Of a stretch of DNA of 49,337 nucleotides, positions 20,702-29,981 are shown piece after piece; the stretch's first letter is position 1; every line of letters begins with the position of its first letter. The notes under the pieces were generated by a model. The model searched no databases, was not told the origin of the DNA, and worked only from the letters and a program-made list of their open reading frames with translations. The position numbers and the translations under genes are program-made. The stretch is from positions 1 to 49,337 of IMG/VR virus record IMGVR_UViG_3300012940_000006. The stretch is one strand, 5' to 3'. Origin of the DNA: a virus. Taxonomy: Duplodnaviria > Caudoviricetes.

Positions 20702-22689
20702 TGCCGCAACTTCCGATTCCTCCGGATCTCAATCCGAACGACCAGATGCATCTTCCTCAGGTGACGAGCCAGCGGCAGAACGAGCGGGGGGAGGTGGTGC
20801 TGATCGACCCGTTCAGCCCGAACTCCGAGGTCTGGTATCTGCCGCTCTCGAACACGCCGGGGCAGGACAGTATCTCCGTCTCGAAGATCGGCACGTATCC
20901 ACCGAAGCAGGCGATTGGCGACTGGACGCGCAGCAATCACGAGGTGCTCAGCTTCTACGTAGAATCGGACACTTCAGGTGGCGGGCAGGTGCTCGAAGCG
21001 AATGAGGCGATTCACGAGAACCGTTACTGGTGGGCGACGGTGGCAACGATCTGGCCGCGGCAGATCGTGTTGCTGCCGTACGCGACCGAGGTGAAGGGGC
21101 CGGAGGGGGCGGTCCAGTCGATCGTGCTGGGAGACTACAACGGCGGGGTGCTGGTGGCGTTCGATCAGCAGCTGGCGAGCGTCTCGACGAGTGGCGTGGT
21201 GACACCGCTGGCGACACTGCCACATCCGATCATGCTGCGACGGGGGACCCGATTCCGCGGGACCTCGGGTGGCGTCAAGATGTTCATCCCGATGGGAGCG
21301 AATGGCTATTGCGTCTGGGACGGGGCGAATCTGACAACGGTCACGGATATTCACCCGGTGGACATGATGGAGTTCGACGCGAAGCTCTATGCGTTGGATC
21401 AGGACGGGACGCTCTATGAGTCGCTGGATGGCTTCACTGACTGGCAGGGAAAGGCCACGATCGACGGTGCGCAGACGATGCGTTGGCTGGTGAACTTCTA
21501 CAACGCGAGTGATGAGCCGACCATTCACATCGGAACGGACACGGCGATCTACGGGGTCGATCTCCAGGTGGGGAAGGCCTATCGCACGAAGGTGGACCCG
21601 CCGGTGCACCCGGATGCGGCGCTGGACGGGGCGGTGTGGCGGACGGATCTCTACGTTTCCTACGGCATGGGCGTCCATCAGTACACGGGAAATTCGATTC
21701 TGGCGACGGGACTGGACCGAGACCACGGGATTCCGCAGGACTACTCGGGGTCGATTGTTTCGATGATTGGCGGCTACAACGGCCTCTATGCGCTGGTCCG
21801 CGGCCGACAGACGGACCTGGAGACGGAGGCGTTTGTCTCGGATCTCGGGGCGCATGACGTGAGCTTCCGGGCCTCTGCGGCGAACTCGGCGGTGATGATG
21901 TGGAACGCCTATGGCTGGCACCCGGTCTGGACGAGTGATGGGCAGGACGGGATCTCGACGAACATCCTGATCTCGAACGTGAACGGCACCTATCGGCTGT
22001 GGTGGGGGTATGGGGGAAGCCTCTTCTACATTGACCTCGGCTACATGTATCACAACCCGGAACAGCGTGATGCGGGCATTGCATTTGCGCAGCATGGCAG
22101 CATCGAGTATCCGCGACTTGATATGGCGATCACGGGGAAGGACAAGCTCTTTGTGGGGGTGGAGCTCCGGGTGAAGGATACGAGCCCGACAGAACGGGTG
22201 TCGGTGGATGTGTCATTCGACAACGGGCCGTGGACCGAGCTGGGGGTCATTGATTATCAGCCGGTGGACCGGAAGTCGGTGCTGATGAAGTTTGGGCTGA
22301 ACGGGAACTATCCGGGGACGACAGAGCCGCGGTATGACGGGATCTCGGCCGACTCGATCCAGGTGCGGGTGAATCTGGAGCGGGGGAGTGACCGGTTCAA
22401 GACGCCGATCCTGGAGTCGATGGGCATCGTGTTCCACAAGTTGATGGGGCAGCTCAATGCGTATCAGTTCCTCGTGGACAACACGACGGTGGACTTCTAC
22501 AAGGGGAAGACGGCGCAGCAGCGGAAGGAGTTTCTGGATCGGATGATTCCGGGCGAGAAGCTGGTGCCGTTCCTTCACGAGGGGAAGTGGCGAAGTGTGC
22601 GGTTTGCGGGGGCGAATGGGAATGACCTGACAGGGGTGGACCTGAAGGGTGACCGCAGCGTGTCGCTGCTTGAGGTGCTGGACGAGTAA
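20701..22689 (+). CDS. Putative tail nozzle / tail tubular protein B-like (beta-propeller)
   Basis: 662 aa, beta-rich with repeated blade-like segments (KLYALD, DLYVSY, GLYALV); podovirus gene order. Confidence 0.62.
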   Translation: MPQLPIPPDLNPNDQMHLPQVTSQRQNERGEVVLIDPFSPNSEVWYLPLSNTPGQDSISVSKIGTYPPKQAIGDWTRSNHEVLSFYVESDTSGGGQVLEANEAIHENRYWWATVATIWPRQIVLLPYATEVKGPEGAVQSIVLGDYNGGVLVAFDQQLASVSTSGVVTPLATLPHPIMLRRGTRFRGTSGGVKMFIPMGANGYCVWDGANLTTVTDIHPVDMMEFDAKLYALDQDGTLYESLDGFTDWQGKATIDGAQTMRWLVNFYNASDEPTIHIGTDTAIYGVDLQVGKAYRTKVDPPVHPDAALDGAVWRTDLYVSYGMGVHQYTGNSILATGLDRDHGIPQDYSGSIVSMIGGYNGLYALVRGRQTDLETEAFVSDLGAHDVSFRASAANSAVMMWNAYGWHPVWTSDGQDGISTNILISNVNGTYRLWWGYGGSLFYIDLGYMYHNPEQRDAGIAFAQHGSIEYPRLDMAITGKDKLFVGVELRVKDTSPTERVSVDVSFDNGPWTELGVIDYQPVDRKSVLMKFGLNGNYPGTTEPRYDGISADSIQVRVNLERGSDRFKTPILESMGIVFHKLMGQLNAYQFLVDNTTVDFYKGKTAQQRKEFLDRMIPGEKLVPFLHEGKWRSVRFAGANGNDLTGVDLKGDRSVSLLEVLDE

Positions 22690-23264
22690 TGGTGGATCGC
22701 GTCGCGAATATCGGCCGTGTTCAGGACCGGGTGCGGATTCCGAAGCCGCGGCGAAAGACACAGATGCCACGACCGCCGAAGGTGTTCCAGTCGGCGTTGA
22801 AGACGGAGTATCCCTCGGGGCTTCAGCTCTTCCTGGAGAACTGGCATTTCACCGGGACGACCTCGATGAGCGAGGGCTACATCTACTGGGCTTTCCAGCA
22901 GGTCAAGGGGCCAGTGAATACGGGCGGATGGGGGTATCAAGTAAGTGCTGGCGGGGGCCGCTCGGCCGGAGGTGCCGTGGCGGACTTCATGATCTGGGAT
23001 GTGGAGCCGCGCATTGTGGTGCGGATTCAGACCGAGCGATTCCATGTGGCGACGACGAATCGCAAGCAGAAGTCGGACGAGGCCCAGCGGCGGGCGCTGG
23101 AGCGGATGGGATACACGGTCATTGACATATTTGAAGAGCATTTTCTGAGTGATAAGACGGGAGCGGCTTCGATCCGATTGGTGAAGATGGCGCTTCAGCG
23201 ACAGGAGATGCCGAGTCCGATTCTCTCCGGGACGAGCCTTGCGCGACCGGGGGCGAATCTCTAA
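22689..23264 (+). CDS. DUF559/Vsr-like PD-(D/E)XK-fold protein
   Basis: VADFMI...IVVRIQTERFH...DEAQRRALERMGYTVIDIFE. Confidence 0.6.
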   Translation: MVDRVANIGRVQDRVRIPKPRRKTQMPRPPKVFQSALKTEYPSGLQLFLENWHFTGTTSMSEGYIYWAFQQVKGPVNTGGWGYQVSAGGGRSAGGAVADFMIWDVEPRIVVRIQTERFHVATTNRKQKSDEAQRRALERMGYTVIDIFEEHFLSDKTGAASIRLVKMALQRQEMPSPILSGTSLARPGANL

Positions 23265-23272
23265 GGGGCAGG

Positions 23273-25027
23273 ATGTACATTCGGGATCGCTTTTCGGAGC
23301 TTCCGGGGGGAACGCCGGTGCCACCGGGGTCCCTCGTGAGGCTGAAGTCCGCGGTGACCGATGAGGTGATCGCGCAGACGAACACGGATGCGGATGGCTT
23401 CGTGACGTTTACGGCGAACGGGTCGCCGGGACCAACCTATCTGGAAGCCACGATCAATGGACAGACGCGCCGACGTTATGGGTCGGTGGCGCCACAGGTG
23501 GGGAACTGGTACGCCGGGGAGTGGGACTCGTTCATGTTCGTGCTCTCGGACGGAATCGTGCCGGGGCTTGGAGATGAGCTTCCGCTCGAACCGCAGTCGG
23601 GGATGACGGTGCAGCTTGGGACTGGGGGGGTGCTCCTTCAGGGGCTGCTCTTCCGGGTGCATGAGCCGGAGATCTTCACCATTCCTGAGAACAGCGCGGG
23701 GAATCCACGGGTTGACCTGCTCTCGGTTCGGTTCGATGTGGCGGGTCCGTATCACGGGCGTGCTCAGCTGGTGGCGATCCAGGGGACGCCGGCGGCCAAT
23801 CCGGTGGCACCGACGCCACAGGCGACGGAGACGCAGATCGACTATCCGATCTCGACGATTCGGGTGGCGAATGGGGCCGGTGCGATCACGCCGGCAGACA
23901 TCACGTTGCTGGGGTCCTTTGCAAACAGCTTCATTGGTCCGGGTGCAGTGGGAACGGATCAGCTGGCGCAGAACGCGGTGACGGCATCGAAGCTGGATAC
24001 GGGGAGTGTCACGAACGGGAAGATCCTCGATTCGGCGATCACGGTGGGGAAGCTGAACCCCTCCGTGTATGCCGGGACGGGGACGGCGGTGACGCTCGCG
24101 CGATCCGATCACAACCATGACGGGACCTATGCCCCGACGAGTCACACGCATTCGGCGTCGCAGATCACGTCGGGGACGCTGGCGATCGCTCGGATTCCGA
24201 CGGGGACGACCTCGACGACGGTGGCGCTGGGGAATCACACGCACACCGGGGTGTACGCTCCGGCGAGTCACACGCACACGGCGAGTCAGATCACGGACTT
24301 TGCGACGGCGGTGCAGGCAGCGAGTCCGGAGGCGGTGCGCTACATCAAGTCGGGTGGATCGACGGTGGTGATGGAGCACGCCGACCGTCTCAATTTCGGA
24401 ACGGGTCTGCTGACGACGCAGAGCTCGGCGATTCCCTCGCAGGCGGATGTGCAGCTGGACTTCGGGTCGGGATCGAGCCAGGTGGCGGCGGGGAACCACA
24501 ACCATGATGGGGTGTATGCGCCGACGAGCCATAACCACTCGGCATCGCAGATTACATCGGGGACGCTGGCGATCGCCCGGATTCCGACGGGAACCAGTTC
24601 GAGCACGGTGGCGGTGGGAAACCATGCGCACACGCTCCCGGTGATGCAGCGATTCCTGATCCCGGTGAAGTCGAATCCGCTGGTCAGCAGTTCGCAGACG
24701 AGTCTTTCGCTGCTGGATACGACGGTTACGCTGACATCGGGAATCGACTGGCAGGTGCGTGCGTGGCTCTTTATCACGGTTCGCAACAACGTCAACAACG
24801 GGGTGTTCCGTCTTGGGCTTCAGCTCGGAGAGACGTCGGCCTATCCGGAGGAGCAGATCGAATTGGCGAGCGTGGGGGGTGTGCCGATTGTCTACAACTG
24901 GGTAACGACGCGCCCGGTGAATGGTGGCGGAAGCATGCGGGTTCGCGCCAATGGGTATTGGGTGAGCGGCGATCCGAGCGACATTCGTACAGGGTACGTG
25001 TTGGTCGAAGCGTTCCCGGCGAGGTAA
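23273..25027 (+). CDS. Tail fibre / receptor-binding protein
   Basis: 584 aa; AVTASKL/AITVGKL repeats and HxH repeats (NHNHDG, HTHSASQIT); beta-rich C-terminal tip. Confidence 0.85.
   Translation: MYIRDRFSELPGGTPVPPGSLVRLKSAVTDEVIAQTNTDADGFVTFTANGSPGPTYLEATINGQTRRRYGSVAPQVGNWYAGEWDSFMFVLSDGIVPGLGDELPLEPQSGMTVQLGTGGVLLQGLLFRVHEPEIFTIPENSAGNPRVDLLSVRFDVAGPYHGRAQLVAIQGTPAANPVAPTPQATETQIDYPISTIRVANGAGAITPADITLLGSFANSFIGPGAVGTDQLAQNAVTASKLDTGSVTNGKILDSAITVGKLNPSVYAGTGTAVTLARSDHNHDGTYAPTSHTHSASQITSGTLAIARIPTGTTSTTVALGNHTHTGVYAPASHTHTASQITDFATAVQAASPEAVRYIKSGGSTVVMEHADRLNFGTGLLTTQSSAIPSQADVQLDFGSGSSQVAAGNHNHDGVYAPTSHNHSASQITSGTLAIARIPTGTSSSTVAVGNHAHTLPVMQRFLIPVKSNPLVSSSQTSLSLLDTTVTLTSGIDWQVRAWLFITVRNNVNNGVFRLGLQLGETSAYPEEQIELASVGGVPIVYNWVTTRPVNGGGSMRVRANGYWVSGDPSDIRTGYVLVEAFPAR
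24110..24633 (+). repeat. Internal ~135-bp duplication in the tail fibre (about 24110-24246 and 24497-24633)
   Basis: Both copies encode HNHDGxYAPTSHxHSASQITSGTLAIARIPTGTxSxTVAxGNHxH. Confidence 0.9.
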
Positions 25028-25110
25028 GGCGATGGTTTCTGTGGTGGCCGGAGGCGCGCGGCCCGCCTCCGGGATTCACAACACGATATGGGTGCAGGAA
25101 GGGAGAGGGG

Positions 25111-25326
25111 ATGCCAACGGAGGCCATGTGGGTCGCGCTGATCGCCTCCGTGGTCGGGCCGACGGTGCTGGAGCTCGTTCGGTTCTGGCTTGGTCGAGCC
25201 GATCGGCTGCTCGCGAACAAGGTCATCGCCTCGAAGGATCGGCAGATCGCCGTTCTGGCTGGCTTGCTCCGGGAGCATGGTATCGAGCTGCCGTCGGAGT
25301 TTTGGGCAGACTCTGGGTCGGGCTGA
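25111..25326 (+). CDS. Small single-TM membrane protein (holin/lysis accessory candidate)
   Basis: 71 aa MPTEAMWVALIASVVGPTVLELVRFW..., purine-rich RBS, upstream of the endolysin. Confidence 0.6.
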   Translation: MPTEAMWVALIASVVGPTVLELVRFWLGRADRLLANKVIASKDRQIAVLAGLLREHGIELPSEFWADSGSG

Positions 25327-25429
25327 ATCTGGCGGCCGGCGAACATGTGGCCTGGCGATCCGAGATGGAACGGGAATACGCCGAGTCCGAGCGACGCATA
25401 CGAGTATTGAACGCTATTAGGTAAACATA

Positions 25430-26404
25430 ATGGTATATACGACAACAATTCCGGGACTCCCCGGAGGTCCGCTTCAGACGCTCGTTCCGGTGACGATCCG
25501 TCTGGTGCCGGCGACGCTGACGCGCGTACGGCCGGGGATCAAGGCGGCGTCGCCGCGCCGCTCGGTTCAGCACGGAAATGGGAATCCGAACAGTTCGGCG
25601 GCGCAGGAGGCGAATTATCTGGTGAATGGGGCGGGTGGTCGGCAGGCAAGCTACCACTCGGCGGTAGACGACACGTCGATCTACATCATGGTGCCGCTGG
25701 ATGAGGTGACCTGGCAGGCCGCGGATGGGAGTGGGCCTGGGAATATGAACGGCTACTCCTGCGAGATGGTGGAGGATACGGCGCTGTGGGCGGACCCAGT
25801 GCGGCGGGAGAAGGTGATTCGCAATACGGCGGATTTCATGGGTCGGATTGCCGCGCGGTTCTCGGTTCTGAAGCCGGAGCAGCACTGGGATTTCAACTAC
25901 ATGGCGGCGGACCGTCATGACTGCCCGAACAAGCTGCGCTATGTGACGATCAATGGGCGCAAGGCGTGGGACATCTATGTGGAACTCTGGAACGCGGCGA
26001 AGGCGGATGAGCTGAAGAAGATGGGAGCAACGGCGACGGCCCCGGCCGAGACGTCCCCGGCAAAGACGTATGCGAAGCCGGTGGTCATCAAGGCGCTGGA
26101 TGGGCTCTTCCTTCAGAAGTACGACACGGCGCCGGCGCTGGTTGAGGGAGAGGGGACGGAGTTCATCTTCGTTGCGGATGTGGTTGAGGCGACGGTGGAT
26201 ACGCCTCGGCTTCAGCGAGCGGCGAAGGGTGCAGCTCGGGTTGGCGAGGACATCAGGCAGGGTGAGCGATTTATCGTGACCTGGCTGTTCAAGGCGAATG
26301 ATGGTGAGTGGTATTACCTGACGCCGTGGTGGACGCGTGTGTTGGTGAGGGATACGAAGCGAATTGCTGATGCTCCAGTCATTCCGGGGAGTGAGCGTGA
26401 CTGA
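25430..26404 (+). CDS. Endolysin, N-acetylmuramoyl-L-alanine amidase (Amidase_2 type) with C-terminal binding domain
   Basis: QHGNGN, ASYHSAVDD, WQAADG, SCEM, QHWDF...HDCP zinc-amidase motifs. Confidence 0.9.
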   Translation: MVYTTTIPGLPGGPLQTLVPVTIRLVPATLTRVRPGIKAASPRRSVQHGNGNPNSSAAQEANYLVNGAGGRQASYHSAVDDTSIYIMVPLDEVTWQAADGSGPGNMNGYSCEMVEDTALWADPVRREKVIRNTADFMGRIAARFSVLKPEQHWDFNYMAADRHDCPNKLRYVTINGRKAWDIYVELWNAAKADELKKMGATATAPAETSPAKTYAKPVVIKALDGLFLQKYDTAPALVEGEGTEFIFVADVVEATVDTPRLQRAAKGAARVGEDIRQGERFIVTWLFKANDGEWYYLTPWWTRVLVRDTKRIADAPVIPGSERD

Positions 26405-26655
26405 TGGACGTGGTGAAGAAGGAAGCGGTGTCGTATGGGAAGGGCCAGCGAGTCCTCCGGACGACCCTACAGCTTATCGCTGGTGGAGCGTTCGGCCAAC
26501 TGATCTCTCAGGTCGCGTTCGATCTGGGAGAGCCGTGGGGGACGTACGTGACGCTGGTGAGCGCGCTGGTCGTGACTATCGCCCAGAACTATCTGTTCGA
26601 CGAGTACGGGATCAGGATCGGGGGGAGTGACGACGATGGCGGAGAAGCTGCTTGA
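26404..26655 (+). CDS. Holin candidate
   Basis: 83 aa, two hydrophobic segments, coupled to the endolysin. Confidence 0.65.
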   Translation: MDVVKKEAVSYGKGQRVLRTTLQLIAGGAFGQLISQVAFDLGEPWGTYVTLVSALVVTIAQNYLFDEYGIRIGGSDDDGGEAA

Positions 26656-27172
26656 TGCGCTGAACCAGGAGGAGTTCTGGCAGCGGGTCAATGAGCGGGG
26701 ATGGGCGGCAACCCTGAGTACGGTGATTCAGGGGATGCCTCCGGTGTCGGGGGGCACCTATGGGGTACTGGTTGCCGTGGGCGAGGATGTCTCCTGGACT
26801 GATCCGATTGCGGTATTTCCTGCGATGACAGCGGCGCTTGCGGAGGCTGGGACGAATACGGTGGCTCGGACGATTTCCGCGAAGGTGCTGGCGGATGAAG
26901 TCAATCGTCGTGCAGCGGTGCCGGCGGTGACTGCGCACCTTGCGGATGCGGGGATTCATGTGCCCACTGGGGGTACGAACGGCCAGGTGCTCAAGCGGGA
27001 TGCGAGTGGAAACGCGATCTGGGGAGCGGACAGCAACACGACGTATGCGACGATGACCGCGGCACAGGCGGAAGCTGGCACGTCGGTTGTCGCGATGTCG
27101 ATCACACCAAAGGTTCTTGCAGACGAGATCGACCGGAGAATTGCGGCGGCGCTTGCGGCGCAGGGCTCGTGA
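26636..27172 (+). CDS. Short fibre/decoration-like protein
   Basis: Duplicated MTAAxAEAGT...ISxKVLADExxRR and VPTGGTNGQVLK, as seen in fibre proteins. Confidence 0.6.
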   Translation: MAEKLLDALNQEEFWQRVNERGWAATLSTVIQGMPPVSGGTYGVLVAVGEDVSWTDPIAVFPAMTAALAEAGTNTVARTISAKVLADEVNRRAAVPAVTAHLADAGIHVPTGGTNGQVLKRDASGNAIWGADSNTTYATMTAAQAEAGTSVVAMSITPKVLADEIDRRIAAALAAQGS

Positions 27173-27203
27173 TTTTATGCTGGGAGCGAAGGAGGTTCCC
27201 AGC

Positions 27204-27356
27204 ATGGTCGAGTTGGCGATTCAGGTCTTCGCGATTGTTGGCATCATTGCGTCGTTCGTGATGTTTGGCATGGGTGTGCTCTGGCTCATCTTCGCTCTTC
27301 TGGGGAAGACGAACACGAGTGTCGAGCCGACGATCTGGGACCGGTTCCACCAGTAA
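27204..27356 (+). CDS. Small membrane protein
   Basis: 50 aa, RBS AAGGAGGT, long hydrophobic stretch. Confidence 0.65.
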   Translation: MVELAIQVFAIVGIIASFVMFGMGVLWLIFALLGKTNTSVEPTIWDRFHQ

Positions 27357-27512
27357 CACGACATAATGTGACAAACATTCCGCGCAGATACGGCGATTTT
27401 GTCCGGACCGCGGTGGTGGCGGGGTATAAGAGAGGGGCGGGGGGCCGTCCCTCGCCCTCGTATGGGGGCTTGCATGGGGCGGAGTGTGAACTCCGCCCCG
27501 TAGTTCTATGTA

Positions 27513-28550
27513 GTGCCGATCTTGACCACATCATTCTGGCTTCCGGAGGAGGAGGCGGATGCGTTGGCCCATGACTGGGAGACGTTCCATCTTCTGCATC
27601 CGGGACGCACATACAATGCGTACCGATTCAAGAGGAAGCGGCTTCGTGAACAGCGACGTGATCCAACAACTTCAGTGGGCGAGGGACCGGGAGAGGTTCC
27701 GGGCTTCGTCAGCGACAAGCGGGAGGGAACGTTCAACTGGCGAGATGCCAACCGTTTCCTACGTGGAGCTCAGGATCTCCGTTCGGCCGCTTCCAGCTCC
27801 CAGGACTTCGCCTCGATCGTGGTGGAGTCGGATGCGTCGGTGGCTGTCCTCGCGCTTTCGGACACGCACATCGGTGACTGGGCAACTGACCACGATCTCT
27901 TCGAGCGCATCACCGACGAGATTCTGAGTACCCCGAATCTCTACGTCGCCCTCCTCGGCGACCTGGCGCAGATGGCGATCAAGCTGCGCAATGTGTCGGA
28001 GGTTTCCTCGAACCTCCTTCCTCCTGATCTGCAACTGGAATACATCAGTTCCTGGCTGGACGAGATTCAACACAAGGTGTTGTTTGCGACCTGGGACAAC
28101 CACGCGGTGGAGCGTGAGGAGTCGCAGTCGGGGATCTCGGCGTTTGCGCGGCTGCTCTCGAAGCGTGTGGTGTATCACGCAGGGATCGGGCATCCGGATA
28201 TTCATCTGGGGGATCAGCTCTATCACCTGGCGGTGTCACATCGCTTCCGCGGGTCTTCGATCGACAATCCGGTGCATGCGGTGATGCGCTATCTCCGGCG
28301 AGAGGGGCATGACCGGGAAGTGGGAATCATGGGGGACTATCACGTTCCTGGCATTGCGAAGTTCGTGCATGGTCCGACGACGAAAGTTGCGGTGAACTGC
28401 GGAACGCTTCAACTTTCGAGCACGTATGCCCGCCGGCACTTCTCCCTGTTTAGCCATCCGGTGATGCCGGTCATTCGGTTGGATCGTGATACGCACCTGG
28501 TCACGCCATTCTGGAGCCTCGCGGAGCTGCGGGCTGCGGGAGGTGTGTAG
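27513..28550 (+). CDS. Calcineurin-like metallophosphoesterase with N-terminal extension
   Basis: LSDTHIG, LLGDL, WDNH, SH and GDYH motifs. Confidence 0.85.
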   Translation: MPILTTSFWLPEEEADALAHDWETFHLLHPGRTYNAYRFKRKRLREQRRDPTTSVGEGPGEVPGFVSDKREGTFNWRDANRFLRGAQDLRSAASSSQDFASIVVESDASVAVLALSDTHIGDWATDHDLFERITDEILSTPNLYVALLGDLAQMAIKLRNVSEVSSNLLPPDLQLEYISSWLDEIQHKVLFATWDNHAVEREESQSGISAFARLLSKRVVYHAGIGHPDIHLGDQLYHLAVSHRFRGSSIDNPVHAVMRYLRREGHDREVGIMGDYHVPGIAKFVHGPTTKVAVNCGTLQLSSTYARRHFSLFSHPVMPVIRLDRDTHLVTPFWSLAELRAAGGV

Positions 28551-28777
28551 TGTTGTGGCTGCTGGTGCTTCCGTTTTCGCTGATGTTGCTGGTGCTGGCC
28601 GCGTTGTTCATCTTGATCTTGGTCGATGATGTGTTCAATGGGGTCGTGAGCCGGTGGATCGAGAGGATGGTTCCTGCGGAGGAAGCGGATGTATGGCCGC
28701 CGGCTCCGACGTTCGAGACATCGAATATGGGGAGTTATCGGAATGCTCAGGAGTTTCGTGTAAGGGATAGGGGCTGA
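28550..28777 (+). CDS. Small membrane protein
   Basis: 75 aa, hydrophobic N-terminus, coupled stop/start. Confidence 0.55.
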   Translation: MLWLLVLPFSLMLLVLAALFILILVDDVFNGVVSRWIERMVPAEEADVWPPAPTFETSNMGSYRNAQEFRVRDRG

Positions 28778-28893
28778 TGGAGAGCATCGTGATTTTCCTT
28801 ATCCTTTTCCTCCCAATGGGAGTCATGATGTGGGGTCTGGTGCTTACGTGTCTTTACTGCCTCTATCGGTGGTTGAAGGACGAGGTCTCCTGA
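28777..28893 (+). CDS. 38-aa membrane peptide (not in the ORF track)
   Basis: MESIVIFLILFLPMGVMMWGLVLTCLYCLYRWLKDEVS; TGATG coupling at both ends. Confidence 0.55.
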   Translation: MESIVIFLILFLPMGVMMWGLVLTCLYCLYRWLKDEVS

Positions 28894-29225
28894 TGTTCGG
28901 GAGTGAGCTTCGTCGGATGCGACTGGATGCCGGTCTCTCTCAGGATGACCTTGGAAGGCGGGCAGGGTACAACGGACCGTCGATTTCCCGGCTGGAGAGT
29001 GGGGACCGGATGCTGTCGTCGTTGGCGAAGCTGAAGGATATTGCCACGGTGCTTGGGGTGAAACGGGGGAACAAGCTGATCCGGGCGATTGTCGAGGACA
29101 TCGAGCTGGAGGATGTGGTGCCGATCGCGCTGGATCTGGACGCGATGATGACGGACCCGGAGGTGTCGGACGTGCGGAAGCGGGCGATCGCTCGCTCGGT
29201 GCGGGTTATGTTGGGGGTACGATGA
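28893..29225 (+). CDS. XRE-family HTH regulator
   Basis: FGSELRRMRLDAGLSQDDLGRRAGYNGPSISRLESG. Confidence 0.9.
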   Translation: MFGSELRRMRLDAGLSQDDLGRRAGYNGPSISRLESGDRMLSSLAKLKDIATVLGVKRGNKLIRAIVEDIELEDVVPIALDLDAMMTDPEVSDVRKRAIARSVRVMLGVR

Positions 29226-29443
29226 GAACGGATGTGGAGGTGGCCTTTCGCATGGCGGATCTGAGCATCAAGCTGGGGGTCTGGTTGAACATGCTGGCCG
29301 AAGAACTGAAGCAGGGAGAGCATGGCGCGAAGCTGCTCTCCCAGTTCAAGGATATTGAGGTGAGTGTGGACCGGCTGAACGAGTACGTGCCGGCGTTACA
29401 CCATCTGCTCCTGCGCGTTGCGCAGGCGGACGACATCACGTAG
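29222..29443 (+). CDS. Hypothetical protein
   Basis: 73 aa, ATGA coupling; last gene of the + arm. Confidence 0.55.
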   Translation: MRTDVEVAFRMADLSIKLGVWLNMLAEELKQGEHGAKLLSQFKDIEVSVDRLNEYVPALHHLLLRVAQADDIT

Positions 29444-29803
29444 CTGGATCTCGAAGTCCGGTGCGGAGATTCCGAGGTCACGAGCCCATGAGCGCCACTG
29501 CTCTGGGCTCTGTTCCGTTTCGCCGCTTTCCATGCGACGGATGTTGGCTTGGGTTGTATGGAGGGTATCGGCCGCGGACTTGACGGAGATGCGTCGTCGT
29601 TCACGGATTCGCTTGAAGGCGATGCCGTAGTCCTTTGGTCGGGCCTCGGAGTAGAGCTCGGTCCAGGCGCGCTGGAGGGCGCCGGACGGGGTGAGGGCGC
29701 CACCGATGGCGAGGACGGTGTTGTCCTCGCCATAGATGGTGGCAAGCCATTCACGTTCAGTCCAGGCGCGCTTGATGGTGATGGTGGTGGGATTCCTGCT
29801 CAT
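29396..29803 (-). CDS. XRE-family HTH protein with N-terminal extra domain
   Basis: FKRIRERRRISVKSAADTLHTTQANIRRMESG. Confidence 0.82.
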   Translation of the reverse strand: MSRNPTTITIKRAWTEREWLATIYGEDNTVLAIGGALTPSGALQRAWTELYSEARPKDYGIAFKRIRERRRISVKSAADTLHTTQANIRRMESGETEQSPEQWRSWARDLGISAPDFEIQLRDVVRLRNAQEQMV

Positions 29804-29981
29804 AGTCGAGGAACTCCTGGAGGGCCTGTTCGAGGTAGATCCACTGGGGGTGGGTGATGATGACGACCAGGTCTCCGCGGTTATCGAGGAAGCGGCCCTC
29901 GGTGACGATGGCGCGGGCCGCGGTAACGAGACGATCGAGGGGGACGGGGCGCTTAGCCCCGGAAGGCTTGTCGGAGGACAT
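29757..29981 (-). CDS. Hypothetical protein
   Basis: 74 aa; fills the gap in the - strand operon. Confidence 0.45.
   Translation of the reverse strand: MSSDKPSGAKRPVPLDRLVTAARAIVTEGRFLDNRGDLVVIITHPQWIYLEQALQEFLDYEQESHHHHHQARLD

Noticed and set aside
24110-24633. Tail-fibre repeats as a DGR template/variable pair
   Set aside because: No reverse transcriptase; both copies are in-frame coding and differences are not adenine-specific
29757-29790. His5 run as an engineered tag
   Set aside because: Arises from the overlapping frame of the next gene (ACC/ATC codons); no vector sequence
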